Source: Microcoleus sp.
GTDB taxonomy: Bacteria; Cyanobacteriota; Cyanobacteriia; Cyanobacteriales; Microcoleaceae
Length of the DNA: 64,000 nt
Direction: 5' to 3'
NCBI GenBank assembly: GCA_052279835.1
Contig: CP181291.1
Location: 4,768,001-4,832,000 of the forward strand
How positions within the stretch are numbered: position 1 is the stretch's first letter; the number at the start of each line of letters is the position of its first letter. The notes under the pieces were generated by a model. That model saw only the letters and a list, made by a program, of their open reading frames with translations. It was not told the origin of the DNA and searched no databases. This document shows positions 62,375 through 64,000 of the stretch, piece after piece. The position numbers and the translations under genes are program-made.

Positions 62375-63583
62375 ATGGACAGACTTATTTCTGTATTGGG
62401 TTTAGTGGTTTTTGTTGGGCTGTCCTATGCCTTTTCAGTCGATCGGCGCGCGGTTAAGTGGCCGCCGATACTGTGGGGAATTGCTTTACAGCTAATTTTC
62501 GCTATTTTGATTCTCAAAACTGCTCCGGGTTTGGCGGTATTTAAATTTTTGGGAGATTTAGTCACCCAGTTTCTCAATTTTTCTGATGCGGGGGCTAAGT
62601 TTGTCTTCGGTGACAATTTTGCTGAACATTTTATCGCTTTTAAAGTTCTTCCAACAATTATCTTTTTCTCTTCGTTTATTACTCTACTTTATCATTACGG
62701 AATTTTGCAGCGAGTGGTGCAGGTGGTGGCTTGGGGAATGATGAAAACCATGAAAACTTCCGGTGCAGAAACCCTTTCTTGTGCTGCGAATATCTTTATC
62801 GGACAAACGGAAGCTCCTCTGTTAATTAAACCCTATTTATCGACCATGACTCTCTCGGAACTTCATGCTGTGATGACGGGGGGTTTTGCGACAATTGCGG
62901 GGGGAGTAATGGCCGCTTATATTTCTTTTGGAGTGGCGGCGGAACATTTAATTGCCGCTTCGGTAATGTCCGCACCGGCGGCTTTGGCTATTTCTAAATT
63001 GCTGTACCCGGAAACGGAAAAATCCCTGACTGCTGGAGTGGTTGAGGTGAAGGTGGAACAGGTTTATGCAAATGCGGTGGATGCGGCTGCTTCTGGTGCT
63101 AGTGATGGGTTGAAGTTGGCGGTTAATGTGGCCGCTATGCTGATTGGTTTTTTGGGTTTGTTGGCTTTTTTTAATGCCGTTTTGGGTTGGTTTGGAGGGT
63201 TGATTAGTTTGCCTCAATTATCGCTGGAATGGATTTTTTCTTATTTAATGGCTCCCGTTGCTTGGCTGATGGGAGTGCCTTGGGCGGATTGTGGCAAGGT
63301 GGGGATGATTTTGGGTAAAAAGACGATTTTAAATGAGTTTATTGCTTATTTGGATTTGATGGATTTGGTGAAACAAAAGGCGATTTCGGAACGATCGCAA
63401 ATTATTACAATTTATGCTTTGTGCGGTTTTTCTAATATTGGGTCGATTGGAATTCAGATTGGGGGGATTGGGGCGATCGTTCCTCAGCGAAAGGGCGATT
63501 TGGCTCAGTTGGCTGTGAGGGCGATGATTGCTGGTTCTGTGGCTTGTTTCATGACTGCTTGTATTGCGGGAATGCTGCTCTAA
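62375..63583 (+). CDS. NupC/CNT-family nucleoside transporter
   Basis: [24 protein letters not shown] and CGFSN motifs. Confidence 0.93.
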   Translation: MDRLISVLGLVVFVGLSYAFSVDRRAVKWPPILWGIALQLIFAILILKTAPGLAVFKFLGDLVTQFLNFSDAGAKFVFGDNFAEHFIAFKVLPTIIFFSSFITLLYHYGILQRVVQVVAWGMMKTMKTSGAETLSCAANIFIGQTEAPLLIKPYLSTMTLSELHAVMTGGFATIAGGVMAAYISFGVAAEHLIAASVMSAPAALAISKLLYPETEKSLTAGVVEVKVEQVYANAVDAAASGASDGLKLAVNVAAMLIGFLGLLAFFNAVLGWFGGLISLPQLSLEWIFSYLMAPVAWLMGVPWADCGKVGMILGKKTILNEFIAYLDLMDLVKQKAISERSQIITIYALCGFSNIGSIGIQIGGIGAIVPQRKGDLAQLAVRAMIAGSVACFMTACIAGMLL

Positions 63584-63890
63584 GGGCGATGGGTTGAGGT
63601 TATCTTAGTTGCTCATGGGTTTCTGTGCTCATGGGCACAAATTTTTCCTTTTCCTTCCAGGTCCTCACCACCTAAAAAATTGGTATATTAAATAAAAATT
63701 AAATAATCTAAAACTTTCTTTAATTTATGGTATTCGCTTGAGAGTTTTAGAGGCTAGACATCAAATTGTAGCGATCGGCTATTATGGTAAGTAGTCAGAA
63801 TTTTAATCTTTAATACCAATTTTTTATGATGCTGCATATATCTCGATCCCCCCTAATAAAGAGGGCGGGCACGGGGGCACCGCCCCTACT

Positions 63891-64000
63891 AAGGGGGGGA
63901 CAAGATTCCGATCGACAGTCCCCCTTATTAAGGGGGGGACAAGATTCCGATCGACAGTCCCCCTTATTAAGGGGGGGACAAGATTCCGATCGACAGTCCC
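63891..64000. repeat. 39-bp tandem repeat (runs off window end)
   Basis: AAGGGGGGGACAAGATTCCGATCGACAGTCCCCCTTATT starts at 63891, 63930 and 63969. Confidence 0.9.

Overview
This is a chromosomal window from a filamentous cyanobacterium. It has abundant HIP1 GCGATCGC sites, heptamer STRRs and the pipX-pipY-sepF-proC cluster; an Oscillatoriales/Microcoleus-like origin is inferred, not proven. It opens in the 5' end of a 16S rRNA gene. Next come a rearranged homolog of the Synechocystis slr0144-0152 cluster (V4R, globin-like, ferredoxin, Ser/Thr kinase), a pseudo-orthocaspase, scpB and an HtrA protease. The main accessory region (about 14.9-29.3 kb) is a stack of related integrative elements at tRNA-Gly(TCC). 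The youngest (19225-29301, 43-bp att duplication) encodes a tyrosine integrase, a coupled membrane-protein operon, a Zn-finger/TOPRIM/DUF3987 replicase with about 12 intragenic DnaA-box-like iterons (interrupted by IS630), and a gene pair with a textbook -1 ribosomal frameshift signal. Three of its putative DNA-binding genes carry their own repeat-motif clusters. Older relatives survive as fragments broken up by IS5, IS701-like and IS1634 elements. The rest is mostly housekeeping: uvrC, an AapJQMP-type amino-acid ABC transporter, a multi-PAS/GAF hybrid kinase, mlaE-DUF3119-DUF3086-plsY, der and nupC. It also holds an IS607-type tnpB whose predicted guide covers the start of a frameshifted hsp20, plus several MITE/REP-like repeats. 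All product calls come from motif recognition by eye; no database searches were run.
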